Below are positions 28,349 through 40,637 of a stretch of DNA of 64,000 bases, piece after piece; positions within the stretch are counted from its first letter, which is position 1; every line of letters starts with the position of its first letter. The position numbers were made by a program, and so were the translations under genes. Origin of the DNA: Candidatus Eiseniibacteriota bacterium. GTDB taxonomy: Bacteria > Eisenbacteria > RBG-16-71-46 > CAZEPH01. Where the stretch lies: the NCBI GenBank assembly GCA_044229145.1, contig JBGATO010000011.1:3162-67161 (forward strand). Reading direction: 5' to 3'. A model generated the notes under the pieces. The model was not told the DNA's origin. It saw only the letters and a list, made by a program, of their open reading frames with translations, and searched no databases.

Positions 28349-29040
28349 GCGACACTGTCAGCATCGTCCTCGCAGACGATCACACGCTGGTGCGCGAGGC
28401 GCTCGGCGCCCTGTTGCGCACGGAACCGCGGTTCTCCATCGTGGGAGAGGCCGCCAACGGCCTCGAGGTGCCGCCGCTCGTCGACAAGTTGCAGCCCGAC
28501 GTGCTCGTCACCGATCTCATGATGCCGGGCATGGGAGGCATCGAGGTGGCGCGGCAAGTGCGGCGTCAGCATCCGAACACGCGCGTGCTGATCCTGTCGA
28601 TGCACATGAACGAAGCCCACGTCATGGAGGCGCTGCGCAGCGGAGCGCACGGCTACATGCGAAAGGACGCCACCGCGCGCGACCTCGTGCATGCCATCCG
28701 CGAGGTGTCGGAAGGACATCTGTACCTGAGCGCGCCGTTTTCGGACCGGGCGATCGAGGCGTACCGCCAACGCTCCGATGCGGCGGCGCGCGATCCCTAC
28801 GACACGCTGACCCCGCGGGAGCGCGAGGTCCTGCATCTCGCCGCCGAAGGGCACGGGCACCAAGAAGTGGCGCGCCGGCTCCACATCAGCCCGCGCACGG
28901 CCGAGACGCATCGCGCGAACATGATGCGCAAACTCGGGCTGCGCAAACTCTCGGATGTCGTGCGCTTCGCATTGCGCCGTGGTCTCATCGGTTGGGACGG
29001 GGACACGCCGGCGGGACCGGCGGCGGACACCGGCGAATGA
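28345..29040 (+). CDS. NarL/FixJ-family response regulator (REC plus LuxR HTH)
   Basis: LADDH, DLMMPG, LTPREREVL, ISPRTAETHRANMMRKL; ATGA overlap with the kinase. Confidence 0.94.
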   Translation: MSDTVSIVLADDHTLVREALGALLRTEPRFSIVGEAANGLEVPPLVDKLQPDVLVTDLMMPGMGGIEVARQVRRQHPNTRVLILSMHMNEAHVMEALRSGAHGYMRKDATARDLVHAIREVSEGHLYLSAPFSDRAIEAYRQRSDAAARDPYDTLTPREREVLHLAAEGHGHQEVARRLHISPRTAETHRANMMRKLGLRKLSDVVRFALRRGLIGWDGDTPAGPAADTGE

Positions 29041-29270
29041 GTACGGGAATCCCGCAGGAAAATCGCGGGAGCCTCCGGATGGCGAGACCTTCGTGGCACT
29101 CCTACCGTGACGCCTTGGTTGTCCTGCACGGACGCGCGATGTCGATCCGGCAGGGAGACGCGTCGCCGTTCGCGCCCGTGGTCCGGAACGCCGCGCCTGC
29201 TCTCCGCAGGGGAGTGCGGGGCTCGCAGCGCGTGCGTGACGCCGCGGGCCGCAGGGCAACCGCTGCCGCG

Positions 29271-29876
29271 ATGGCGCGGCGGCTGCGAGTTGGCGTCATG
29301 GCGAGTGTGGCACTCGCCGCGGTGTCGTGGGGGACACCACGCTTGGCCGCGGCACGCGGGCTCGAGTTCGGCGTCGATGCCGGGGCCGCGTTGGTGAAGT
29401 CGCCCGGCGTGGCGGTGGTCACCCACTTTCACGTGCCGCTCGGCTACTTGTCCTACGAACCCGCGCTGCGGGTCGGCGTGCCACTCGGCGCTCGCTGGAC
29501 GTGGGAAACCGGATTGGGCGTCGATGAAGTCACGCCGCACGACACCACCGGCCTGCATCTCGACGACCTGCTGCCGCGCGACACCGGCCACTACTCGCAC
29601 TGGCGCGGCCGTCTCTGCTTGCTGCTCGAAGGGCCGGGCGACGATCCCGAACGCCGCGCCTTTGGCCGACTGGGGCCGATCGTGAACGCGCGCCACTACC
29701 ACGGCAAGACGCGCCTGCAATTCGGTGGCACAGCGGCGCTGGGATGGCGAATTCCGTTGGCGCCGCGCCTCGGGCTGCGCGTCGAGGCGGCGTACAGCTA
29801 TCTCGACGGCACCTCCGAGTTGCCGCGCGCCCACGTCTATGCCGTGCACGCGGGGATGAGCGGCTTCACGCGCTGA
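29271..29876 (+). CDS. Probable small outer-membrane beta-barrel protein
   Basis: Signal-like N-terminus; alternating beta-strand pattern (GLRVEAAYSYL); aromatic residue near the C-terminus. Start uncertain. Confidence 0.6.
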   Translation: MARRLRVGVMASVALAAVSWGTPRLAAARGLEFGVDAGAALVKSPGVAVVTHFHVPLGYLSYEPALRVGVPLGARWTWETGLGVDEVTPHDTTGLHLDDLLPRDTGHYSHWRGRLCLLLEGPGDDPERRAFGRLGPIVNARHYHGKTRLQFGGTAALGWRIPLAPRLGLRVEAAYSYLDGTSELPRAHVYAVHAGMSGFTR

Positions 29877-29981
29877 GGCCGGCCGCCGCCGCGGTCGATA
29901 ACCGGGACGAAATCGACTACAGTGCGCGCGCCGCGCTGGGGGGCGGCGGGGGACTCGCTGCCTGCCCGGAGGATCTCCCCG

Positions 29982-31607
<1,626 letters not shown>

Positions 31608-31837
31608 TCGGACGCGTGTGCTGCGCCCATGGGCGCGACGGCGGCGGGACGCTTGTCGCTCTGCCGCCGGCGCCGGGCGGCGCGTAGCGTCGCCGGTAGT
31701 ACGTTGACCCAGGGCGACGCTGGCCGTTCGCCACGCCGCGAGACGTAGCGGCCCACGTTCGTCATTCCCGAACGGTGTCTGCCACCCCCAGACCGACGCT
31801 CGCCCGCCTCTTGCATCGCGGCAGGGAGGGCACTGCG

Positions 31838-34800
31838 ATGCATGCCCGCACGCGACTTGGCCACGCCCTGATAGCGGCGTGTCTCTTCCTCCTGGCGAGC
31901 GCCACCGTGGCGTTCGCGCAGGCCACACTCACGTCCGATCGCGCGGATTACGCGATCGGCGAAACCGTGATCCTCACCGGAACCGGCTGGACGCCCGGCG
32001 AAACCGTCACGCTGGTGATCAGCGAACTGCCGGCGGTCGACGACCCTGTCGTCTACACCTGCACCGCGGATGCCGGCGGGGCGATCGAAAATCACGACTT
32101 CCTCGCGCATCGCCACGGTGACACCATCACGTTCCTCGTCGACGCGCTCGGCGCCACCAGCGGACTGACCGCGCAGGCGAGCTTCACGGATTCGCCGGTG
32201 GTGGTGTCGTGCTCGGTGTCGCCCGTCGGGTCGTCCTCGGTGCCGCAAGGCGGCAGCGTCACCTTCACAGTGTCGGTGTACGCGTACTATTACCTCGGCC
32301 GCACCGTCGGCCTGTCGACCACGTTCACGCCATCGTGGCCGAGCGGGGTCGGCACCAACTACAACCCTCCTTCGCTCAGCACCACCTGCATGTTCTGGTG
32401 CCCTCCGGCGACGCTGACCTCCACCCTGACGATGTCGACCGCGTCGTACACGCCGCCTGGCTACTACACGTTCCGGGTGCGCGCTCAGTACGCTTCGGGG
32501 GACTACGCGGAAGGGTGGGCCAACATCACGGTCCAAAACAGCAACCGTCCGCCCGAGCTGGCGGCCATCGGCCAGAAGTACGCCTATGAAGGCGCGTTGC
32601 TCACGTTCACCGCCACCGCCACCGATCCCGACCCCGGACAGACGCTGCGCTTCGCGCTCGGCGGTCAACCCACCACCGGCATGGCGATCGACCCGGTCAC
32701 CGGTGTCTTCACGTGGACGCCCGATTTCTGGCAGGGCGGCAACCACGGCGGCGAGTACCGCGATTACTCGATCGTGGTGCGCGTGACGGACAACGCGCAA
32801 TATCCGCTCAGCGACTCCGAAGTGGTCGTCGTGCGGTGCTCCAACACCAACCGGCCGCCGTCCGTCTCCGTGATGTCGGAGGCGTGGCTGTCTGAGGAAG
32901 CGGCGGCCACCATTTCGGTGGACGCGAACGATCCCGATTCCGATCAGTCGTTCTACTACTCGGTGACCTCTGGACCGCCCGGCCTCCACTGGCGGTACAC
33001 GAACCCGACATCCTCTCACAATTACCTCGAGTGGACGCCGACCGAGTACGACGGCCCTGGTGTCTACACGATCGGGATTCAGGTGAGTGACGGCTACGGC
33101 GGCAGCGGCTACGCCACCAGCACGTGGCACGTCGCGGAGGTGAATCGGCCGCCTGTCTTGCCGCGCTCCGGCACGCTGGCGATCGACGAGGAGACTGGCT
33201 GGAGTATGTCTCTTCGCGCGAGCGACTACGACAGCCCCACGAATCAAGTCAGGGTCGTGGTGACCGGGCTCGCGGAGGGCATGCAGTACGACTCGACCTA
33301 CGCGTACGTGTGGTGGACGCCCACCGAAGCGCAGGGCCCGGCGACGTACAGTTTCACGGCCACCGCGACCGACAACGGATCGCCCCCGCTCAGCGACACC
33401 TACACCTACACGATCGCCGTGCGGGAGGTGAACCGGCTGCCGGAGCTCGCGGCGATCGCCGATTTCCGCATCGTCGACGGCGAGGAACTCGTGGTGCCGT
33501 TGATCGCCAGCGATCCGGACCTCCCCGCGAATCCTCTCACCTACCTGCTCGGGGGCGGTCCCAGCGGCATGCACGTCGATCCGCTGACCGGCGTGCTGAC
33601 CTGGACGCCGTCGGCCTCGCAAGCGCCGGGCGACTACTTCGTCCAGGCGGTGGTGCACGACGGCTGGGGATCGGCGTCGCGCTCCTTCGCGGTGCATGTC
33701 GACATCGCGAACCGGCCGCCGACGCTCGAGGCGATCGCCGATCAGACGCTCGACGAGTGTGCCGACTGGACGTACGCGCTGGTCGCGCGCGACGACGACC
33801 GCTTCGCCAACCCGTTCAGCTACTGGGTCACCGGTGCGCCGGACGGTTTCGCGGTGGATCCGGGATCCGGCGTGATGACGTGGCATCCGGACGAGGCGCA
33901 GGGGCCCGGCGATTTCGTGGTGACCGCCTGGGTGTCGGACAACGACACACCCGCCTACACCGCGCAGCAGACGTTCGGCATGCATGTGCGCGAGGTGAAT
34001 GTGCTCCCGGTGCTCAGCGTCGTCGCGACGGTGAGTGTCGACGAAGGGGCGCTGGTGCAGTTCGTCGCGCAGGGATCCGACGTGGACCTCCCGGCCAACC
34101 CGCTGGTGTACGCGCTGCTGCCGCCGTCACCCAGTGACGCGACGATCGACGGCGCGACAGGCGAGGTGCGCTGGACGCCGCTCGACGACGGAACCGCGAC
34201 GCTGCGTGTGCAACTCGACGACGGCGCCGGCGGTCTGGTCACGGCCGATTGTGCGGTGACAGTGCACAACGTGGCGCCGCTGGTCGCGCTGTCGGCGCCG
34301 CCGGCCGGTACCGTGGTGCCGATCAACACAGTGGTGCCGCTCGCCGGTGCGTTCACCGATCCGAGTCTGCTCGACACCCACACCGCCGTGTGGACCGTGG
34401 GACCCTACACGGTGCCCGCGACGCTCGATGCCACCACCCGAACGGTGGACGGCAGTGGCAGCTTCCCACTTCCCGGCGTGTACGCAGTCTCGCTGGCCGT
34501 CACGGACGACGACGGCGGCGTCGGCTACGCGAACACCATCGACGGACTGGACGCGATGCTGGTGGTCTACGATCCCAACGGCGGATTCGTGACCGGCGGT
34601 GGCTGGTGTCTGTCACCGGCCGGCGCGTATCCCGCAAATCCGGCGCTCAGCGAGAAGGCCAACATGGGCTTCACCGCGCAATACAAGAAGAACGCCACCG
34701 TCCCCACCGGCGAAACCGAGTTCCAACTCAAGTCGGCCGGCCTCAACTTCCACAGCACCTCGTACGACTGGCTGGCGGTCCGCGGCGGCTGGGCACAGTA

Positions 34801-35341
34801 CGCTGGGCACGGCACCCTCAATGGCGGCGGCAGCTACGCCTTCACCTTGACGGTGATCGATGGCGAACTGGCGGATGGCGGAGGCGACCGGATCCGCATG
34901 CGCATCGTCGAGCCGGCGAGCGGCGTCGTGGTCTACGACACGCAGCCGGGCGCGATCGAGAATGCCGATCCGACGCTGGTCTTGGGAGGCGGTTCGGTCG
35001 TCATCCACCCGGCGTCGACGTCGAGCGGCAAGAACAAGCCGTTGGGCGATGTCGTCCTTCCGGCGCGCTTCGCCGTGCACGCACTGGCAGCGGCGCGGCC
35101 CGGTGTGGTGGTCGATCTTCCGGTGGAGTGCGCACTCCGCGTCGAGGCGTTCGATGTCGCGGGACGTTGCGTGGCCACCCTGATCGACGCGCCGGTGGCG
35201 GCGGGACAGCGCACCGTCCTGTGGCCTGCACGTGAGACGGCGCACGCGGCGCAGGTGACGTTCTGCCGCGTGACGGCGACGCCACGTAGTGGCCTCGACG
35301 CCCCGTTCACCGCGACGGCACGGCTGGTGGTCGTGCGCTAG
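31838..35341 (+). CDS. Secreted surface protein with about 6 cadherin-like/putative Ig repeats, a PKD-like domain and a FlgD-like C-terminus
   Basis: Signal peptide; repeated NRPP...DxD...DP.TGV.TWTP units; VTDDDGG; GFVTGGGW domain; C-terminal FDVAGR...RLVVVR. Confidence 0.85.
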   Translation: MHARTRLGHALIAACLFLLASATVAFAQATLTSDRADYAIGETVILTGTGWTPGETVTLVISELPAVDDPVVYTCTADAGGAIENHDFLAHRHGDTITFLVDALGATSGLTAQASFTDSPVVVSCSVSPVGSSSVPQGGSVTFTVSVYAYYYLGRTVGLSTTFTPSWPSGVGTNYNPPSLSTTCMFWCPPATLTSTLTMSTASYTPPGYYTFRVRAQYASGDYAEGWANITVQNSNRPPELAAIGQKYAYEGALLTFTATATDPDPGQTLRFALGGQPTTGMAIDPVTGVFTWTPDFWQGGNHGGEYRDYSIVVRVTDNAQYPLSDSEVVVVRCSNTNRPPSVSVMSEAWLSEEAAATISVDANDPDSDQSFYYSVTSGPPGLHWRYTNPTSSHNYLEWTPTEYDGPGVYTIGIQVSDGYGGSGYATSTWHVAEVNRPPVLPRSGTLAIDEETGWSMSLRASDYDSPTNQVRVVVTGLAEGMQYDSTYAYVWWTPTEAQGPATYSFTATATDNGSPPLSDTYTYTIAVREVNRLPELAAIADFRIVDGEELVVPLIASDPDLPANPLTYLLGGGPSGMHVDPLTGVLTWTPSASQAPGDYFVQAVVHDGWGSASRSFAVHVDIANRPPTLEAIADQTLDECADWTYALVARDDDRFANPFSYWVTGAPDGFAVDPGSGVMTWHPDEAQGPGDFVVTAWVSDNDTPAYTAQQTFGMHVREVNVLPVLSVVATVSVDEGALVQFVAQGSDVDLPANPLVYALLPPSPSDATIDGATGEVRWTPLDDGTATLRVQLDDGAGGLVTADCAVTVHNVAPLVALSAPPAGTVVPINTVVPLAGAFTDPSLLDTHTAVWTVGPYTVPATLDATTRTVDGSGSFPLPGVYAVSLAVTDDDGGVGYANTIDGLDAMLVVYDPNGGFVTGGGWCLSPAGAYPANPALSEKANMGFTAQYKKNATVPTGETEFQLKSAGLNFHSTSYDWLAVRGGWAQYAGHGTLNGGGSYAFTLTVIDGELADGGGDRIRMRIVEPASGVVVYDTQPGAIENADPTLVLGGGSVVIHPASTSSGKNKPLGDVVLPARFAVHALAAARPGVVVDLPVECALRVEAFDVAGRCVATLIDAPVAAGQRTVLWPARETAHAAQVTFCRVTATPRSGLDAPFTATARLVVVR

Positions 35342-35357
35342 CCAGGTGTCGTGACGG

Positions 35358-35393
35358 ACGGCCGTCGCACCGTCTTCGCGGTGCGGCGGCCGT
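35358..35393. terminator. Hairpin between convergent genes (probable bidirectional terminator)
   Basis: ACGGCCGTCGCACCG / CGGTGCGGCGGCCGT stem with a loop containing UUCG. Confidence 0.55.
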
Positions 35394-35398
35394 TGTCG

Positions 35399-36487
35399 TT
35401 AGCGGCCGTGCACCCGGACCGCGAGACTCACGCGGGTTTGCGCGAAGTCGACATCCTGCGGATCCACGTAGGTGCCGGCCGGGAATTCGCTGTCGGTCGA
35501 CAGGTGGCGCGCGGCGAGCTGCGCATCCCACGCCCGTGCCAGCCGTTGCGTCCACCGCGCGCCGGTTTCGGTGCGGTGCGACGTGCGATCGAAGCGCGTG
35601 ACATCGAACTTGTCGGCGGTGGTGTAGTGGCGGGTCTCCGGCGTCCACCACGCGTCGAGCCGTCCGCGGTGCCGGCCGCCCCACGGGAGCGTCGCGGCCA
35701 GTGTCACGCCATGGCGATCGTAGGAGATATCGGTGTCGCGTACTTCGGTATCGGGCAGATCGCCGCGGGCGGTGAGGGCGCCGGTGAAATACGTCGCCGC
35801 CACCGACCAGCCGGTGCGTTCGCGCGGATGCACCTCGGCGCCGGCGCGCCACGTCGTGCGGTGATTGTCGCGCTCGCGGAAGTCGGTGCCGTAGTCGCGC
35901 ACCGCGCGCTCGCCGCCGGCGGTGAACGCGAGCCGGCCGTGCCACGCGTCCTGCGTCAGCGCGCCGCCGTACACCGTTTCGCCGTAGGCCAGCGAGCGGC
36001 GAATCCGGCGCTGCGCCAGGAATGACGCGTCGGCATCGGTGACTTCGAGGAGATAGTACCGCGGCGTGCGCTCGACGAACGCGGTGGCGCGCAGCAGCGA
36101 CCGCCGCCGCACCGTCAGCTCCTGCGCACCGCGCAGCGCGTAGGTCTGCGAGTCCTTGACACCGTTGTCATCGTAGAACGTCCCGGCGGCAGCGAGCGCC
36201 AGCGAGGATTCGCGGCGATGCCAGGGGCGTGCGCGCCAGCGCAGTTCGCCTTGCACTCCCGTCGCGCCGTCGCCCACCGACACGACGCGAAACCGCGACG
36301 AGGTGGGATTCTCCGCGAAGCGCGCCTGATCGTGCGGCGTCATCTGCAGGATGTTGTCGTCGACGCGGCGCTCGAGGCCGAGCGTCCACGTCCAGCGCGC
36401 TCCGCCGTCGCGTGCCGCCGACGCGGGAGCGTGGAGCCCCGCGCCGGCAAGCACGGCGACGACGATCGCGAGTGCGTGCCGACGCAC
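35399..36487 (-). CDS. Probable outer-membrane beta-barrel protein
   Basis: Signal peptide; many amphipathic strands rich in Trp/Tyr/Arg; terminal strand TRVSLAVRVH; GTG start overlaps the upstream TAG. Confidence 0.65.
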   Translation of the reverse strand: MRRHALAIVVAVLAGAGLHAPASAARDGGARWTWTLGLERRVDDNILQMTPHDQARFAENPTSSRFRVVSVGDGATGVQGELRWRARPWHRRESSLALAAAGTFYDDNGVKDSQTYALRGAQELTVRRRSLLRATAFVERTPRYYLLEVTDADASFLAQRRIRRSLAYGETVYGGALTQDAWHGRLAFTAGGERAVRDYGTDFRERDNHRTTWRAGAEVHPRERTGWSVAATYFTGALTARGDLPDTEVRDTDISYDRHGVTLAATLPWGGRHRGRLDAWWTPETRHYTTADKFDVTRFDRTSHRTETGARWTQRLARAWDAQLAARHLSTDSEFPAGTYVDPQDVDFAQTRVSLAVRVHGR

Positions 36488-38742
36488 TAGCGAAGCACCA
36501 CGACGCGCCGCAGCGCGGTCACGCCACCGCGGCCGCTATCGCGCAGGCGGAGGTAGTAGATGCCGTTGGACACCGGCATGCCGTCGGCGCGCGTGCCGGT
36601 CCACCGCGTCTGCACCGGCGACGCGGCGCTGCCGCGCCACACGGTCGTCACGAATCGGCCGGTGGCATCCCACACCTCGAGGTCAGCGACACCGCGCGGC
36701 GCCGCGAAGGCGATGTCGAGCGTACCGCGCATCGGCAGCGGTCCGGTGGTGAGACCCTGCGTTCCCCGCGACGGCGGCGTGATGCCGACCGGCGCGGCGA
36801 GCAGCATGTCGGCCAGCGCGAGGTCCGCGCTCACCGCGACGCCGTTCGACCATGCGGCGGCCAGCGACGAGCCCACCGGCGGCGTGTACAGCAGGTTCCA
36901 CGTCCCGGCATCGACCGACACCGAGTACGCGCCGAGCGCGTCGGTGACGTGATGTGTCGTCCACAGCGGCGTCGAATTGCCCGGCGCATAGAAGTCCACC
37001 GTCACGCCGGACAACGGCAGCAGTGTCCCCGCGTCGCGCACCGTGCCCGACACTAGCCAGCCATCCGCCAGCACCTGATCCGGCAGCACGATGGTGGAAA
37101 GCACCGCCTGCCCCGACTTCTGCGCCGGCCGCAACCGCGTCACCGACGACGGGATGTACTTGATGTCGTAGGTGCCCGGCGCGATCAGCAGGTCGTAGGT
37201 GCCGTCGGCGAGCGTGGCGTCGTTCGGCGTGTAGAGCTTGGCCGACCCGCCGGCGGGGTAGACGTCGAGGTCGACGTTCGCCACCGCCGCCGCGTGCGTG
37301 TCGTGCACGCTGCCGCGCAGATGCACGCCGGTGACGAACGGCAGGCTGGGCAGAGTGGTCGCCGCGTTCACCGTGACGGCGTCTTGGGACGACGGTGCGA
37401 GGCCGCTGCACGCCGGCGGGTCGTACTGGAAGTCGTAGGTGCCCGCCGGCACCACGACGGTGAAGTTGCCGCTGGCGTCGCTTGCATCGTGCGCCAGACG
37501 TACGGAGGCGCGGGTCGCGCTGTCCACCGCGTTGATGTTGACGTTGACCGCCGGTCCGCCGCCGGGCGCCGTGAGGTGTCCGCTCACCGCGATGCCGGCC
37601 GCGCACTGCACCGTGCCGATGTTGACATTGCCCCCGGCGACGACGTTGTTCCAATGCCCCACCTGGTCACTGATCCCCGCCGGCGGCTCCGCATTGATGT
37701 CGTAGGTGCCGGCCGGAACGTAGATCGCGAACGCGCCGGTGGCGTCGGCGTGGTCGTTGTCGGCCGGCTGGCGCGGCGCGCCGGCGGCGGTGACGTCGTA
37801 GAACTTGATCTTGGCGTCGGCGCACGGCTGGCCGTTCGAGCGCAGCACGACACCGCTCACCAGCACCGCGTCGCGCAGCGTTTCGGTGCCATAGTTCTTG
37901 CTGCGATCCACCAGCAAGCCGGTCACCCGCGTCGATTCCACCGGCTTGCAGTGCGGCGCGTTGTACTCGACGGTGTAGGTGCCGGCCGGGAGGTTGATCG
38001 AGTAGTTGCCGTTGACGTCGGTGTTGTCGTGTGCGTTCGCCATCTTGGCGCCGGTGCATTCGTCGAACACGTCGATGTCGACGTTCTTCAACTTCGCGTT
38101 GTGCTTGTCTTGCACGGTGCCGCTGATCGTGAAGCCGCTGCCCAGCGTGTCGACCAAGCCGCTGATATCGCTGCCGGCCACCACCAGGCCCCTGCGCACC
38201 TTATCGGTGTACGCGTTGCCAGCCGGCGGACGGAAGTCGATGTCGTAGGTGCCGCTCGGCACGCGAATCGAGTACGCACCACCGGCCGTGGTGAGGTCCT
38301 TGGTGACGAACACGCGGTCGCCGGTGGCGCTATTGGTGAATTTGAAGTCGACGTTGGCGGCGTTGCCGAGCGTCGGCGTCTTCACGGTGCCCGCGACCAA
38401 GCGGCCCGGGTGCAGCGTCACCGTGCCGAGCGAGGTGCTCGTGCTCACCACGATGTCTTGCAGGTCGCCGGCGCATACCGCCGCGGCGGCCGGTGCGATG
38501 AAGTGAATGTCGTACGTGCCGGCGGCGACCACGATGCTGAACGAACCATCGGCGGCCGTCTTGTCGCCACTGAGGAAGATGTTGTCGCCTGTACATTGAT
38601 CGATGAAGTCGACGTCGACATTGCCGATGCCGGCGCCGGCCTCAGTCTTGACGAAGCCGCTGATGGTGGCAGCGTGCGCGGCGACGGTGGTGAGCGATGC
38701 GGTGAGCACCAGCGCGGCCACGCGGAGTGGAGATGCGAGCAT
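36487..38742 (-). CDS. Secreted protein with 7 carboxypeptidase-regulatory-like (transthyretin-fold) repeats and a FlgD-like C-terminus
   Basis: Signal peptide; seven units of about 95 aa (SG.V...NVD.D...G.YSI.V.[AS]GTYD); C-terminal WDATGR...NGIYYLRL. Confidence 0.82.
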   Translation of the reverse strand: MLASPLRVAALVLTASLTTVAAHAATISGFVKTEAGAGIGNVDVDFIDQCTGDNIFLSGDKTAADGSFSIVVAAGTYDIHFIAPAAAAVCAGDLQDIVVSTSTSLGTVTLHPGRLVAGTVKTPTLGNAANVDFKFTNSATGDRVFVTKDLTTAGGAYSIRVPSGTYDIDFRPPAGNAYTDKVRRGLVVAGSDISGLVDTLGSGFTISGTVQDKHNAKLKNVDIDVFDECTGAKMANAHDNTDVNGNYSINLPAGTYTVEYNAPHCKPVESTRVTGLLVDRSKNYGTETLRDAVLVSGVVLRSNGQPCADAKIKFYDVTAAGAPRQPADNDHADATGAFAIYVPAGTYDINAEPPAGISDQVGHWNNVVAGGNVNIGTVQCAAGIAVSGHLTAPGGGPAVNVNINAVDSATRASVRLAHDASDASGNFTVVVPAGTYDFQYDPPACSGLAPSSQDAVTVNAATTLPSLPFVTGVHLRGSVHDTHAAAVANVDLDVYPAGGSAKLYTPNDATLADGTYDLLIAPGTYDIKYIPSSVTRLRPAQKSGQAVLSTIVLPDQVLADGWLVSGTVRDAGTLLPLSGVTVDFYAPGNSTPLWTTHHVTDALGAYSVSVDAGTWNLLYTPPVGSSLAAAWSNGVAVSADLALADMLLAAPVGITPPSRGTQGLTTGPLPMRGTLDIAFAAPRGVADLEVWDATGRFVTTVWRGSAASPVQTRWTGTRADGMPVSNGIYYLRLRDSGRGGVTALRRVVVLR

Positions 38743-38777
38743 GGGCGTCCTTTCTGTCGTCGGGCGAGGGCGCGGCG

Positions 38778-40637
38778 CTAGCCGGCAGCCGCCTCGAGCG
38801 GGGTCTCGAGCAGTTGCTCGGCGAACAGCGCGCGGTACGCACCGCCGCGCGCCAAGAGGTCGTCGTGCGTGCCCTGTTCGACGATGCGGCCGCCGTCGAG
38901 CACGATGATGCGGTCGGCGCGGCGCACCGTGGAGACGCGGTGCGCGATCACGAACGTGGTGCGGCCAGCCATGACACGCGCCAGGGCGTCCTGGATCAGC
39001 GCCTCCGATTCGGCGTCCACCGCAGACGTCGCCTCGTCGAGCACGAGCAGCGGCGGGTTGCCGAGGATCGCGCGGGCCAAGGCGATGCGCTGCACCTGGC
39101 CGCCGGAGAGCCGTTGGCCGCGTTCCCCGACGTCAGTCGAAAAGCCGTCCGGCAACGCCTCGATGAACGGCAGCGCGTTGGCAATGCGCGCCGCCTCGAT
39201 GACCTCGTCGTCGCTCGCGGTGGGCAGGCCGTAGCGGATGTTGTCCGCGATCGACCCGCTGAACAGCAGCGTGTCCTGTGTGACCACGCCGATCGCGCGG
39301 CGCAGCGAGGCGAGATCGACGGTGCGCAAGTCTTGTCCATCGATCGCCACGCGGCCGCTGTCGGGTTGCAAGAAGCGCAGCAGGTGGTGGAGCAGCGTCG
39401 TCTTGCCGGCGCCGTTGTGGCCGACCAGTGCCACGGTTTCGCCCCCGGCCACGTGCAGCGTGACGTCGCGCAGCACCGGCGTCCCCGGCAAGTACGCGAA
39501 GCTTACGTCTTCGAACGACACGGCGCCGTGCGACACCACGAGCGGCTCGCCGGACGCGGCCTCCTGCAGCGGCGTCGTCTCCTCGAAGAAATCGAGGATG
39601 CGGTCGAGCGATACACGCGCGGCTTGATACGTCTCGTTGGTCTTCGACAAGCGGCGCAGCGGCGGGAACAGCATCGAGCTGAGCGAGTAGAACGCCATCA
39701 GCGAGCCCTTGCTCATGGTGCCGTCCAGCACTTCGCGGCCGCCGATCCACAACACCAGCGCGGCGCCGATCGCCACCGTCACGTTGGCCACCGCGTTGAG
39801 CCGCCCGCCGAGCCGCGCCTTCTCGATCAAGTGATCGCGCATGCGGCCCGACTGCTGCTCGACGCGCGAGGTCTCCGCGTCTTCCTGTCCGAATGCCTTG
39901 ACGATCGCGGCGCCGGCGATCTTCTCCTGCAATTGCCCGGACAATGCCGAGCGCTCGCGCCGCGCCTTGCGGCCGGTCGCGCGCAGCCGCGGATTGAGAC
40001 GCACGAACGCCAGCACGTAGACCGGCAGCGCCGCCATCACCACCAGCGACAGATGCCAATTCACACAGAAGATGGCGATCAGCACCGCGAGCACGGTCAC
40101 GCCGTCCATCAGCGCGCGCAGGAAGCCGTCGGTGATCATGTCGAGCACCGCGTTGATGTCGCCGATCAACCGCAGCATCAGCTTGCCGGTGCGCGCGCTG
40201 CGGAAGTAGGGCATCGACAGCGTTTGCAGGTGGCGATAGAGATCGAGCCGCAGCTCGAACACGATGCGCTGCCCGATGGTCTCCGACACCGTGCGCTGGG
40301 TGTAGAGCAGCACACCCTTGAGCAGCGCCAGTGCCACCAGCGTGACGAAGATGCCGAGCAGGAAGGTGTCCGGCGCGACGTGCGTGCCGAAAGCCAGCAC
40401 GTGCTGGTGCCGGTGCAGCACGTCGTCGAGCACACGCTTCAACACGAACGGAATCGGAATGTCGACGACGGCGAGCAACACCGAGAGCGTGAGCGCCGAG
40501 CCGAGCAGCCGCCGGTGCCGCCGCGCGTACGGCAGCAGCTGGGCGATCTCCTCGACCGGGCCGCGCTCGCGGCTGCTGTCGTCGGCATCCGTGGTGCCGG
40601 TGCCGTACGCGGGGAGGGAGGTCACGGCCGCGCTCAC
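38778..40637 (-). CDS. ABC exporter, fused TMD-NBD (MsbA/ABCB type)
   Basis: GTG 40637 overlaps the upstream TGA; TMD followed by GHNGAGKTT, LSGGQVQR, LDEATSAVD, IAHR. Confidence 0.92.
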   Translation of the reverse strand: MSAAVTSLPAYGTGTTDADDSSRERGPVEEIAQLLPYARRHRRLLGSALTLSVLLAVVDIPIPFVLKRVLDDVLHRHQHVLAFGTHVAPDTFLLGIFVTLVALALLKGVLLYTQRTVSETIGQRIVFELRLDLYRHLQTLSMPYFRSARTGKLMLRLIGDINAVLDMITDGFLRALMDGVTVLAVLIAIFCVNWHLSLVVMAALPVYVLAFVRLNPRLRATGRKARRERSALSGQLQEKIAGAAIVKAFGQEDAETSRVEQQSGRMRDHLIEKARLGGRLNAVANVTVAIGAALVLWIGGREVLDGTMSKGSLMAFYSLSSMLFPPLRRLSKTNETYQAARVSLDRILDFFEETTPLQEAASGEPLVVSHGAVSFEDVSFAYLPGTPVLRDVTLHVAGGETVALVGHNGAGKTTLLHHLLRFLQPDSGRVAIDGQDLRTVDLASLRRAIGVVTQDTLLFSGSIADNIRYGLPTASDDEVIEAARIANALPFIEALPDGFSTDVGERGQRLSGGQVQRIALARAILGNPPLLVLDEATSAVDAESEALIQDALARVMAGRTTFVIAHRVSTVRRADRIIVLDGGRIVEQGTHDDLLARGGAYRALFAEQLLETPLEAAAG

